Below, piece by piece: positions 18,709 to 27,670 of a stretch of DNA of 64,000 nt; position 1 is the stretch's first letter, and every line of letters begins with the position of its first letter. The position numbers were made by a program, and so were the translations under genes. The stretch comes from Flavobacterium sp. GTDB lineage: Bacteria; Bacteroidota; Bacteroidia; Flavobacteriales; Flavobacteriaceae. The notes under the pieces were generated by a model. The model had not been told where the DNA came from. It searched no databases and saw nothing but the letters and a program-made list of their open reading frames with translations. The stretch covers positions 27,760 to 91,759 of the forward strand of contig NZ_SEBS01000015.1 of NCBI RefSeq assembly GCF_004211145.1, in the 5' to 3' direction.

Positions 18709-20331
18709 TTAAATTCCTGATGTAGTGATCAAAAAGTATTGGGTCGGAACCTTGATTTCTGAAAGTTTCGCGATTTTAGACAGCGCTTGCTTTTCCTTTG
18801 TGGGCTCGAGTCGGAGTTTACGGTCGCCGATCATAATATCGACAGGCATCTCGAACCCATCGACCGCGTTGTCCCACCAATACGCTACGGTTCCGTTTTT
18901 TTCTTCGAATGAAAGTACCGGAATTTTCGTCGTACGCAAATACTGATCGAAAACAGGCGTAAGGTTCAAACCGCTTTCCTTGCTGAAAAAGTCGCAGACG
19001 GTTTTGGTATCGATGATCTTGTGTCGGTAGGTTTCCGAATATTTAAGCAACATCGCCCACCATTTCGCATCGTCGTTCACGACATGACGCAAGGTGTGAA
19101 GCAGCCATGCACCTTTCGGATACATATCGCCCGAACCTTCATTGTTCACGCCGAACTGCCCGATGATCGGCTCGTAATTATGGATGTTGTTGCGGATGCC
19201 GTTCATGTATTGGTTCGCCTTTTCATATCCGAGCGTGCATTCGATGTAAACGGCTTCCGAATACATCGTGAAGCCTTCGTGGATCCACATATCGGCGATG
19301 TCTTTTGACGTAATGCTGTTCCCGAACCATTCGTGTCCGCTTTCATGGATCGTGATATAATCGAACGTGAGGCCGATACCCGTTCCCGACATGTCGTTTC
19401 CGCGATATCCTTTCAAATAACCGTTCCCATACGCTACGGCGCTTTGGTGTTCCATGCCCAAATACGGCGTCTCGACAAGTTTGTAACCGTCTTCGGCGAA
19501 TGGATATTTCCCGAATTTACTCTGGAAACAATCCATCATCGGCTTCACTTCCTCGAAATGTTTTTTCGCTCTTTCCTTATTATAACTCAACACGTAATAA
19601 TCGATATCGAGCCCTTTGTAATTGTCATGTATGTGCACGTAATCGCCGATGTTTACCGTAATGTCGTACGTATTTATCGGGCTTTTCACTTCCCAATCCC
19701 AACGCGTGTAACCGTTTTTGAGATCCTTCGAACCTTTGAACCGACCGTTGGATACGTTCATCAAACCGTTCGGGACCGCGACCTTTATCGTGGCTCCTTT
19801 GTCGGGTTCGTCGGTTTGGGTGTCTTTCACGGGATACCATAAACTCGCGCCGGTTCCCTGGACCGCAACTCCCGCGAACGTCTTGCCGTTGATGTCTTTT
19901 TTCCAGTCGAAGCCGCCCTGCCACGGTGCACGCGGTGCTGCTATCGGCGTCCCTGAATAATAAAATCGAAGCGTTTTCTCAATACCTTTTGAAAGCGGTT
20001 TCGGAAAGTCAATGAAAACGGCGTTGAATTCGCGCTTGTACGTAAGTTTCTTTTTCTCGAAAACGATGCTGTCGATTTTCATGTTCTCGAACAGATCGAT
20101 CTGGATTTTGCTCGTCGGTTCGACAACTTTGAATGTGATGTCGTTGAAACCCGTAATCGTTTTGGCTTCAGTATCGATCCTGATGTCGAGGCCGTAATGC
20201 TGCACGTCGTAACAAGTACGTTCGGTGCGCAAACCTCCATGCAGCGAATCTTTTCGAGTGAAGCTGTGTTCGGCGAAAATCTGGGCCGACGCGCCCCATG
20301 AAACAAACAATAAAATCAAGGCTATTCTCAT
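18709..20331 (-). CDS. M1-family zinc metallopeptidase (aminopeptidase N-like)
   Basis: HESGHEWFGN zinc-binding HExxH motif plus downstream WIHEGFTMY (E ligand). Signal peptide MRIALILLFVSWGASAQ. Confidence 0.9.
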   Translation of the reverse strand: MRIALILLFVSWGASAQIFAEHSFTRKDSLHGGLRTERTCYDVQHYGLDIRIDTEAKTITGFNDITFKVVEPTSKIQIDLFENMKIDSIVFEKKKLTYKREFNAVFIDFPKPLSKGIEKTLRFYYSGTPIAAPRAPWQGGFDWKKDINGKTFAGVAVQGTGASLWYPVKDTQTDEPDKGATIKVAVPNGLMNVSNGRFKGSKDLKNGYTRWDWEVKSPINTYDITVNIGDYVHIHDNYKGLDIDYYVLSYNKERAKKHFEEVKPMMDCFQSKFGKYPFAEDGYKLVETPYLGMEHQSAVAYGNGYLKGYRGNDMSGTGIGLTFDYITIHESGHEWFGNSITSKDIADMWIHEGFTMYSEAVYIECTLGYEKANQYMNGIRNNIHNYEPIIGQFGVNNEGSGDMYPKGAWLLHTLRHVVNDDAKWWAMLLKYSETYRHKIIDTKTVCDFFSKESGLNLTPVFDQYLRTTKIPVLSFEEKNGTVAYWWDNAVDGFEMPVDIMIGDRKLRLEPTKEKQALSKIAKLSEIKVPTQYFLITTSGI

Positions 20332-20391
20332 GTATCGTGTTTTGTAATTGGTGGCGTAATCCCGCGGATTGTTACAACTTCAATAGAAAAA

Positions 20392-20883
20392 TCACTTTTT
20401 ACCCTGAAGTTCTTCGAGGAATTTGTTGGCTGTCGACGCTGAACCGCGTTTCTTTATGAGTATGTAATTTCCGTCCGAATCGACGGTGACCAAACCTTCA
20501 CAATCGCGATTTTCGCTGAAGAATGCGTTGTAGACCGTCGCGCCTTCGTCATATTTTATGTACTGGCTTGAAATCCCTTTTTCGAAACACATATAAAGTA
20601 CTTCGGATTTTACCCATTTCGCTTCTTTTGGTTCAGGTTTGTCGGGCTTGATGAATTTGTACGCGTCGCTCGCACAGTTTGCTTTTGGCTGGTAATAAAA
20701 AATCGTTATCACCTTAAGGCTGTCAAGATTCTTTCCGAAATTCTTCGAAAGCGACGACTTCAATTCGCGCAACATCGTGATCGACAGTTTGCCCTTGACT
20801 TTTTCCTTGTCGGTAGAAATCGCGGAATCCTGGGCTTGAGCCGAAAGCGCGAAAAATAGGAATAACAATAGCAACTTTTTCAT
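20392..20883 (-). CDS. Hypothetical secreted protein
   Basis: Signal peptide MKKLLLLFLFFALSAQAQ. No family recognised. Confidence 0.6.
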   Translation of the reverse strand: MKKLLLLFLFFALSAQAQDSAISTDKEKVKGKLSITMLRELKSSLSKNFGKNLDSLKVITIFYYQPKANCASDAYKFIKPDKPEPKEAKWVKSEVLYMCFEKGISSQYIKYDEGATVYNAFFSENRDCEGLVTVDSDGNYILIKKRGSASTANKFLEELQGKK

Positions 20884-20977
20884 AGTCGTGATTTTAGAAC
20901 TACGAATTTATTGAATTGAGGTTTAAGTTGGATGTAAATTTGACCAATGTATTTTTTAACTGTTGTTGTTTTTTTCA

Positions 20978-21168
20978 ACAATTAAGGTAGTTAAGGTTAG
21001 TTAAGACGGGAACGGGAATTTTGATGTTCTCAATTTATTTGAACCATTAAGATCATTAAGTTCATTAAGATTATTGAGGTCAGTAAATTGAGACTGGGAC
21101 TTTAATCGTTGTCATTGTACTTTAATTTCGGCCGATTTCTCAATACTCAAATCTCAATACTCAAATCT
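20978..21168. repeat. Word arrays (TTAAG/TTGAG words, then CTCAATACTCAAAT words) downstream of carboxyltransferase gene
   Basis: 20978-21008 is ACAATTAAGGTAGTTAAGGTTAGTTAAGACG. 21046-21100 carries CATTAAGATCATTAAGTTCATTAAGATTATTGAGG. 21139-21168 is CTCAATACTCAAATCTCAATACTCAAATCT and abuts the stop at 21175. The 18-nt string at 21146-21163 is identical to 25819-25836. Confidence 0.55.
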
Positions 21169-21174
21169 AAAGAC

Positions 21175-22803
21175 TCAAACCTGAATCACGCCCAAATTAA
21201 ACTTTTTCTCAATAGGGGCGTGGTTCGCCGCCTCAATTCCCATTGAAATCCACGTTCTCGTTTCAAGCGGATCAATGATTGCGTCGGTCCAAAGACGAGC
21301 CGCGGCGTAGTAAGGCGAAACCTGCTCGTCGTAACGCGCCTTTATCTTGTTGAAAAGTTCGGCTTCCTTGGCTTCGTCGACCGTTTCGCCTTTGGCTTTG
21401 AGCGACGAGGCTTCGATCTGCATCAGCACTTTCGCGGCCTGGGTTCCGCCCATGACGGCGAGTTCGGCGCTTGGCCATGCAAAGATCAATCTCGGGTCGT
21501 ATGCTTTTCCACACATGGCGTAGTTTCCGGCTCCATAGGAATTCCCGACGATTACCGTGAATTTCGGCACGACCGAATTCGAGACCGCATTCACCATTTT
21601 CGCTCCGTCTTTGATGATGCCACCGTGTTCCGACTTCGATCCGACCATAAATCCGGTCACGTCCTGAACGAAAACGAGCGGGATTTTCTTCTGGTTGCAA
21701 TTCGCGATGAAACGCGTGGCCTTGTCGGCCGAATCCGAATAGATCACGCCTCCGAACTGCATTTCGCCCTTCTTCGATTTCACGACCTTGCGTTGGTTCG
21801 CAACGATTCCGACCGCCCAACCGTCGATTCTCGCGTAACCCGTAATCAGCGTTTGGCCATAACCGGCCTTGTATTCGTCGAATTCCGAATTGTCGACGAG
21901 ACGTTTTATGATTTCCATCATATCGTATTGTTCGGCGCGCGACTTGGGCAAAATCCCGTAAATGTCTTTTTCGTCCGACAACGGCTTCTGCGGCTTCTCG
22001 CGATTGAATCCGGCCTTGTCGAAATCTCCGATCTTCGAGACGATGTTCTTTATGGTGTCGAGCGCGTCCTTGTCGTCTTTGGCCTTGTAGTCGGTCACGC
22101 CCGAAATCTCGCAATGCGTCGTTGCGCCTCCAAGCGTTTCGTTGTCGATGGTTTCCCCGATGGCGGCCTTTACCAAATAACTTCCGGCGAGGAAAATGCT
22201 TCCGGTTTTATCGACTATGAGCGCTTCATCGGACATGATCGGCAAATATGCTCCGCCCGCGACGCAACTTCCCATGACGGCCGCAATTTGCGTGATGCCG
22301 AGGCTGCTCATGATGGCGTTGTTGCGGAATATGCGCCCGAAATGCTCTTTATCGGGAAAGATTTCGTCCTGCATCGGTAAGTACACGCCCGCGCTGTCGA
22401 CGAGGTAAATGATCGGCAGACGGTTTTCCATCGCAATTTCCTGTGCCCGAAGATTCTTCTTGCCCGTAATCGGAAACCAGGCGCCGGCTTTCACGGTCGC
22501 GTCATTTGCCACGACCATGCATTGCTTGCCGCGTATGTAACCGATTTTTACGACGACTCCGCCTGATGGGCAACCTCCGTGTTCGGCATACATTCCGTCG
22601 CCCGTAAAAGCACCGATTTCTATGCTCGAGGCTTTTTCGTCGAGCAGGTAATCGATTCGTTCGCGAGCCGTCATCTTGCCCTCGGCATGCAGTTTCTCAA
22701 TGCGTTTTGCGCCACCGCCCAATTTCACGGTCGCGAATTTTTGTTTTAGGGAAGAAAGTAAAAGCTTGTTGTGGTCTTCGTTCTGGTTGAAGTTCAAGTC
22801 CAT
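21175..22803 (-). CDS. Acyl-CoA carboxylase carboxyltransferase (beta) subunit (methylcrotonyl-/propionyl-CoA carboxylase type)
   Basis: 542 aa with two crotonase-like carboxyltransferase halves. Motifs GGGAKRIEKLHAEGKMTARERI, ANDATVKAGAW and GNSYGAGNYAMCG. Confidence 0.92.
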   Translation of the reverse strand: MDLNFNQNEDHNKLLLSSLKQKFATVKLGGGAKRIEKLHAEGKMTARERIDYLLDEKASSIEIGAFTGDGMYAEHGGCPSGGVVVKIGYIRGKQCMVVANDATVKAGAWFPITGKKNLRAQEIAMENRLPIIYLVDSAGVYLPMQDEIFPDKEHFGRIFRNNAIMSSLGITQIAAVMGSCVAGGAYLPIMSDEALIVDKTGSIFLAGSYLVKAAIGETIDNETLGGATTHCEISGVTDYKAKDDKDALDTIKNIVSKIGDFDKAGFNREKPQKPLSDEKDIYGILPKSRAEQYDMMEIIKRLVDNSEFDEYKAGYGQTLITGYARIDGWAVGIVANQRKVVKSKKGEMQFGGVIYSDSADKATRFIANCNQKKIPLVFVQDVTGFMVGSKSEHGGIIKDGAKMVNAVSNSVVPKFTVIVGNSYGAGNYAMCGKAYDPRLIFAWPSAELAVMGGTQAAKVLMQIEASSLKAKGETVDEAKEAELFNKIKARYDEQVSPYYAAARLWTDAIIDPLETRTWISMGIEAANHAPIEKKFNLGVIQV

Positions 22804-22978
22804 AATGTCTATTGGCTGTGTGGGCTGAAAAAAAGTTGTAAATTGTTGTGGCGTAAAAGTACGAAATCGTTTGAAATAGCAACCCGGAGTTTTGAATCCC
22901 TGCTTAATCGGCGGCTTACATAAAGTTAATATTCGCTTAACATTGGATGTCTACCTTTGCACCATCAAAATCAGCTAC

Positions 22979-23623
22979 ATGAACCTGAACAGCATTTTCC
23001 AGTTTTTAGTACCAAAAGATAAAAAATTCTTCCCGCTTTTCGAGCAGGCATCGTTCAACCTTATCCTTTTGGCCGAAACGTTGCACGAAGCCATCAATGT
23101 CCCCAAAGAACAGCGCGAGGAATACTTCCGCAAGATAGAGGAACTGGAAGCTAAAATCGAAGAAATCACGCATAAAACGCACCTCGAATTAAGCAAGAAC
23201 TTCATCACGCCTTTCGACCGCGAAGACATACACTCACTCATCAAAGCCATCGACAACGTTGCCGATTACATGCACGGAGCGGCGAGTCGGATGCGTTTGT
23301 ACCAAGTGGAAAAAATCACGAAATCGATCCGTAAATTGACCGAGATCAACCTTGAGGCGTGTCAACTCATCGGAGTCGGGATCAAGGAACTCAAAAATCT
23401 CGAGAACCACAAAAGCATAGCCGACGTCTGTAAGAAAATCAACAAACTCGAAAGCAAGGCCGACACGGTTTTCGACAAAGCGGTTGCCGACATTTTCGAA
23501 AACGAAACCGACGCGAAAAACGTGATCAAGTATAAAGAAGTGCTTTCAGCTCTCGAATCGGCGTCGGACAAATGTAAAAGCGTCGCCAACGTTATCGAGC
23601 AGATTTCGGTAAAACACTCTTAA
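22979..23623 (+). CDS. DUF47-family (PhoU-like) phosphate-transport-associated protein
   Basis: MNLNSIFQFLVPKDKKFFPLFEQ N-terminus is typical of DUF47/TIGR00153. It sits directly upstream of the PiT transporter. ATG 22979 is preferred over the listed upstream start. TACCTTTG at 22952-22959 is a possible -7 box. Confidence 0.85.
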   Translation: MNLNSIFQFLVPKDKKFFPLFEQASFNLILLAETLHEAINVPKEQREEYFRKIEELEAKIEEITHKTHLELSKNFITPFDREDIHSLIKAIDNVADYMHGAASRMRLYQVEKITKSIRKLTEINLEACQLIGVGIKELKNLENHKSIADVCKKINKLESKADTVFDKAVADIFENETDAKNVIKYKEVLSALESASDKCKSVANVIEQISVKHS

Positions 23624-23646
23624 ATAATAAGTAACAACACTCAGTA

Positions 23647-24732
23647 ATGGATTTGACCTTACTTATTATCATCATTGTCCTTGCGCTTATTTTCGACTAC
23701 ATCAACGGTTTTCACGATGCGGCGAACTCAATCGCGACGATAGTTGCCACGAAAGTACTTACCCCGTTCCAGGCCGTGCTTTGGGCGGCGATGTTCAACT
23801 TCGCGGCTTACTTCATCTCGAAGTTTTGGATCGGGGAATTCAAGATCGGAAACACGATCGCGAAATCGGTCGACGAGAATTTCATCACGCTCGAAGTCAT
23901 TCTCGCGGGATTGATCGCGGCGATCATCTGGAACCTGGTTACCTGGAAATTGGGAATTCCGTCGTCTTCTTCGCATACGCTTCTGGGCGGATTCATGGGA
24001 GCGGCTTTGGCTCATGCGGGCGCATTTTCGGCGATCATCAACGGGGAAACCGTCGACGTGATCAATTACGCTAAAGTCGTCCCGACATTCCTTTTCATAT
24101 TCTTTGCGCCTTTGCTGGGTATGGTCATCGCGTATTTCATAACGATCATCATCCTCAATGTCTGTCGCAAGGCGAATCCGACGAAAGCCGACAAATGGTT
24201 CAAGAAACTGCAGTTGGTATCTTCAGCCTTGTTCAGTTTGGGACACGGTGGAAACGATGCCCAGAAAGTAATGGGAATCATCGGTGCCGCGGTCATTTGC
24301 TACAAGCTCGACATGGGCGACGCGGCTTTTTTGGCTGCCGATTCGGCCGACCGTTTCAAAATGTTCGTGAACGATGATTTCTGGTGGTGGGTTCCATTGG
24401 CGAGTTTCGTCGTGATCGCTGCAGGAACGATGAGCGGAGGTTGGAAAATCGTGAAGACCATGGGTTCCAAGATCACGAAAGTTACGCCTCTTGAAGGCGT
24501 GGCCGCCGAGACCGCGGGAGCCGCGACGCTTTACCTGACGGAACATTTGGGAATTCCGGTTTCCACGACACATACGATCACGGGAAGTATCATCGGGGTT
24601 GGAATCACGAAAAGGATTTCGGCCGTACGTTGGGGCGTGACGATCAATTTGTTGTGGGCTTGGATCTTGACGATTCCGGTTTCGGCCATTATCGCGGGAA
24701 TTTTCTATTATTTATTGAAGATTTTTATTTAG
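23647..24732 (+). CDS. pitA: Inorganic phosphate transporter, PiT family
   Basis: Polytopic protein with GFHDAANSIAT and GHGGNDAQK signature repeats. Confidence 0.93.
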   Translation: MDLTLLIIIIVLALIFDYINGFHDAANSIATIVATKVLTPFQAVLWAAMFNFAAYFISKFWIGEFKIGNTIAKSVDENFITLEVILAGLIAAIIWNLVTWKLGIPSSSSHTLLGGFMGAALAHAGAFSAIINGETVDVINYAKVVPTFLFIFFAPLLGMVIAYFITIIILNVCRKANPTKADKWFKKLQLVSSALFSLGHGGNDAQKVMGIIGAAVICYKLDMGDAAFLAADSADRFKMFVNDDFWWWVPLASFVVIAAGTMSGGWKIVKTMGSKITKVTPLEGVAAETAGAATLYLTEHLGIPVSTTHTITGSIIGVGITKRISAVRWGVTINLLWAWILTIPVSAIIAGIFYYLLKIFI

Positions 24733-24738
24733 AATTTT

Positions 24739-24807
24739 GGCCGCGAATTCGCGAATTTCATAAGATTCCATCTGAGATTATCCATTTGAGATTAGCGAAT
24801 TCACGGC
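24739..24807. repeat. Inverted-repeat hairpin (GCCGCGAATTCGCGAAT family)
   Basis: 24740-24756 (GCCGCGAATTCGCGAAT) pairs with 24791-24807 (ATTAGCGAATTCACGGC). 15 of 17 positions pair; loop is 34 nt and contains GAGATTA words. It starts 7 nt after the pitA stop and precedes the canonical terminator. Confidence 0.6.
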
Positions 24808-24821
24808 AAAAAAAAACATAC

Positions 24822-24843
24822 ACCGCAGCGATGCGGTTTTTTT
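24822..24843 (+). terminator. Rho-independent terminator after pitA
   Basis: ACCGCA (24822-24827) pairs with TGCGGT (24832-24837). Loop is GCGA, followed by T7; an A-run lies upstream. Confidence 0.75.
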
Positions 24844-24878
24844 ATTCCCGTTTCGTACCTTAGAATAAAATCAAAATC

Positions 24879-25778
24879 TTGAAAAAATACGTATTGCTGT
24901 TCGCGGCTTTGTTTTCAGTATCGGCATTTGCCCAAATCGACGCACTCGTCAGGAATTCCTCGAAACCTCGAACGATGGCGCAACGTTGGGAACTCGATTC
25001 CACCTCGACGCGAGGCACATTCATCATCACGCCTTACAAACCGATTTTTTTGCTTCCTGTCCGATGGACGAGCAGCACGAATGAGAAACCGCGGTCAGGA
25101 AACGGAAGCGAAGAATACATCGTTCCCGAAGGGCAGGACTATAACAACATCGAAACCAAATTCCAGATCAGTTTCAAGACGAAATTATTGCAGGGCATTT
25201 TCTGGAACCACGCCGATCTTTGGGTCGGATATACGCAGGTATCGCATTGGCAGGTTTACAACGGGTCGCTTTCGAGGCCGTTCCGCGAGATCAACTATGA
25301 ACCTGAACTAATAGTGAACGTTCCGATCAAATTCGATCTTTTCGGGTTCAAGGGCCGAATGGTAGGTGTGGCGTTCAACCACCAAAGCAATGGGAAAAGC
25401 CTTCCGTTCTCGAGAAGCTGGAACCGCATCATTTTTCACGCGGGATTGGAAAAAGGACGATGGAGCATTTACGCTCGTCCGTGGATTCGTTTGCCCGATG
25501 AGGAAGACGATAATCCGAACATAACCGACGAACTCGGGCGCGCCGATCTCAACGTGATTTACGCGAGTGAAGGGCATGTTTTGTCGCTTATCGGAAGCCA
25601 CAATCTGAGTTTCGGAACGGCTGTAAAAGGAAACCTCACGTTTTCATGGTCATTTCCCGTCAAAGGGAATTTACGCGGCTATTTGCAGGCGTCGCACGGA
25701 TATGGCGAAACGCTTATCGATTACAACCACAGGCAGACGACGGTTGGGATCGGGTGTTCGCTGGTGGAATGGCTTTGA
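24879..25778 (+). CDS. pldA: Outer-membrane phospholipase A1 (OMPLA)
   Basis: Signal peptide (TTG start) MKKYVLLFAALFSVSAFAQ. YKPIFLLP motif and catalytic-type HQSNG motif (AFNHQSNGKS). Confidence 0.85.
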   Translation: MKKYVLLFAALFSVSAFAQIDALVRNSSKPRTMAQRWELDSTSTRGTFIITPYKPIFLLPVRWTSSTNEKPRSGNGSEEYIVPEGQDYNNIETKFQISFKTKLLQGIFWNHADLWVGYTQVSHWQVYNGSLSRPFREINYEPELIVNVPIKFDLFGFKGRMVGVAFNHQSNGKSLPFSRSWNRIIFHAGLEKGRWSIYARPWIRLPDEEDDNPNITDELGRADLNVIYASEGHVLSLIGSHNLSFGTAVKGNLTFSWSFPVKGNLRGYLQASHGYGETLIDYNHRQTTVGIGCSLVEWL

Positions 25779-25784
25779 TAGTTG

Positions 25785-25837
25785 TGAGATTTGAGTCTTG
25801 GGTCTTGAGGTTGAGGCGCTCAAATCTCAATACTCAC
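25785..25837. repeat. Inverted-repeat hairpin (GAGATTTGAG / CTCAAATCTC words) between convergent genes
   Basis: GAGATTTGAG (25787-25796) pairs perfectly with CTCAAATCTC (25820-25829). The loop is 23 nt of TCTTGGGTCTTGAGGTTGAGG words. The right arm overlaps the last codons and stop of the DUF1697 gene. Confidence 0.7.
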
Positions 25838-26369
25838 TACTAAGTTCAATCAACTTTTTTATCGTCTTCCAATTCCTCGACGTCGCCTTGATGTTGAGTT
25901 TTTTCTCGAAAACGGCGTTGCTGAGTTTCGTATTTCCGGCCGAATCGGCGTACCACAAATAAATGCGTTTGTCGATCACATGGAATTCATCGCCGCGAAA
26001 ATCCTGTGATTTCATGACGGCGACATTCGTGACATCGGGAATCGCCGACATAAATCCAACGTACGGCTGCACGGAATCTTCAGGTGTTTTTGCCGCGAAA
26101 GGATTGTCGGCCAGCGCTGTTTTCAGTTCGTCGGGCGTCAACACGAACGTCGCGACATCGAACCCGAATTTCTGGAAAATTTTGTTCTTGATGATCATCT
26201 CGAGTTTCGCGGGACTGTCGTCGCTCTCGAAAAGAATGTTTCCGCTTTGGATATAGGTCGAAACGTTTGAAAGCCCCAGCTCGACCAATGCCGGGCGTAA
26301 GGCTTCCATTTTGATGACGTGATGTCCGCTTACGTTTATGCCGCGGAGTAAGGCAATGTATTTTTTCAA
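25827..26369 (-). CDS. DUF1697-domain protein
   Basis: MKKYIALLRGINVSGHHVIKMEALR N-terminus is characteristic of DUF1697. 180 aa. Confidence 0.8.
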   Translation of the reverse strand: MKKYIALLRGINVSGHHVIKMEALRPALVELGLSNVSTYIQSGNILFESDDSPAKLEMIIKNKIFQKFGFDVATFVLTPDELKTALADNPFAAKTPEDSVQPYVGFMSAIPDVTNVAVMKSQDFRGDEFHVIDKRIYLWYADSAGNTKLSNAVFEKKLNIKATSRNWKTIKKLIELSSEY

Positions 26370-27592
26370 CGCTTGAATATGTTATATCTGAAAATAAAAT
26401 TCGGACCTATCTGTATGGACGACGAAACGTTTTGGTTGCTCACCAAACCGGCACTTGACGAAAATCTCGCCTCGGCCGCAAATCTCTTATAAGCGAACCC
26501 TACGCCGGCACCAAACGTATAGGTAGAGGTAAAGATACCAAGATTATTGCTTTGAGTCATCTCTATTTCGTTGTTCAGGACCATACCGTAGTTGAAAACG
26601 CCATTTACGAAGATCTGGGAATCGGGCGAAATGAAAAAACGCCATCTCACGCCCAACGGAAACTTCAGCAAATTGTACTTGAGCGTCATGTGCTCGTCCA
26701 AAACCGTATTGATGGTATTGGTTTGTTCGACTTTTCCGATCGAATGGTAGGTCGGCTCAAAAATAATCGAGAGTTTACCATTGTTGGTCGGCAAAACATA
26801 CTCGATTTCAAGCCCGATGCTTACTCCGGATTTAGAAAATGAAAGGTCGCGCGAGTCTACAGGATGGTCGATTTCTCCTTTGTACAGATTGTATCCGACG
26901 GCTGGACTAAAGTTTAACACACCTTTTTTGCGTGCGAGTTTTGTCGTGGCGACCGGTTGTTCAGTCGCTGAAGGACTTAAACCGCCACAGGAGTTGATTT
27001 CGTCGAAATAGTCGGTAAGATCATCACGGTTATATTTCAGCCTTTCTATTTTCGCCGACTTGTCATCGGTAGCGCAATTCACTTCTGCCTTCAATTGTGT
27101 CCTGTACGCAACATTTTCGAGCAATGCATTGTTTTTACCGACATACTTTCTGTAGATCAACTGCTTGATGCTGTCGGCGTCCGTTTTATAGAAAAATAGG
27201 TTGACACCGTTATCGTCGTAGGCATAAAGGGTTTCCTTGCCTTCTGACAACACTTTGAGGAAAGCGGTTTTCTTGGTGAATTCCGGGATCCGCGTCCGGG
27301 GAAGATTCCCGTGGCGCTTCGTGGCCAGATCCATGTCGACGGTCGCCCGTGTGTATTTGGAAACGCCGTCAATACCGAATTCGGTCACTTTTGCCATTGT
27401 CGTCGTTTCAACCGAAGCGTCATCGGTCGTCTTGTATTCGAACGATGTAGGGTTGTTGCTCCAATCGAGATTCTTGATGAGGACTTCTTTTCTTTGTCCG
27501 TCATTTTGGATAAAATAGCCTTTTTGAAATGTTGTTTGTGAATAGATAAAAATAGGCAATAGCATGGCGATAGCCAGAATAGCTGATTTCAT
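26366..27592 (-). CDS. Hypothetical outer-membrane beta-barrel-like protein
   Basis: Signal peptide MKSAILAIAMLLPIFIYSQ. The C-terminal half shows alternating hydrophobic beta-strand patterns and a terminal aromatic (..FIFRYNIFKR). It overlaps the downstream gene by 4 nt. Confidence 0.6.
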   Translation of the reverse strand: MKSAILAIAMLLPIFIYSQTTFQKGYFIQNDGQRKEVLIKNLDWSNNPTSFEYKTTDDASVETTTMAKVTEFGIDGVSKYTRATVDMDLATKRHGNLPRTRIPEFTKKTAFLKVLSEGKETLYAYDDNGVNLFFYKTDADSIKQLIYRKYVGKNNALLENVAYRTQLKAEVNCATDDKSAKIERLKYNRDDLTDYFDEINSCGGLSPSATEQPVATTKLARKKGVLNFSPAVGYNLYKGEIDHPVDSRDLSFSKSGVSIGLEIEYVLPTNNGKLSIIFEPTYHSIGKVEQTNTINTVLDEHMTLKYNLLKFPLGVRWRFFISPDSQIFVNGVFNYGMVLNNEIEMTQSNNLGIFTSTYTFGAGVGFAYKRFAAEARFSSSAGLVSNQNVSSSIQIGPNFIFRYNIFKR

Positions 27593-27670
27593 GATTTCGT
27601 TTTATTGGTTTTGGTATACAATGGTAATCAAACCTTTTGGAATATCGACAAGTAAACGGAATATTTCCTG

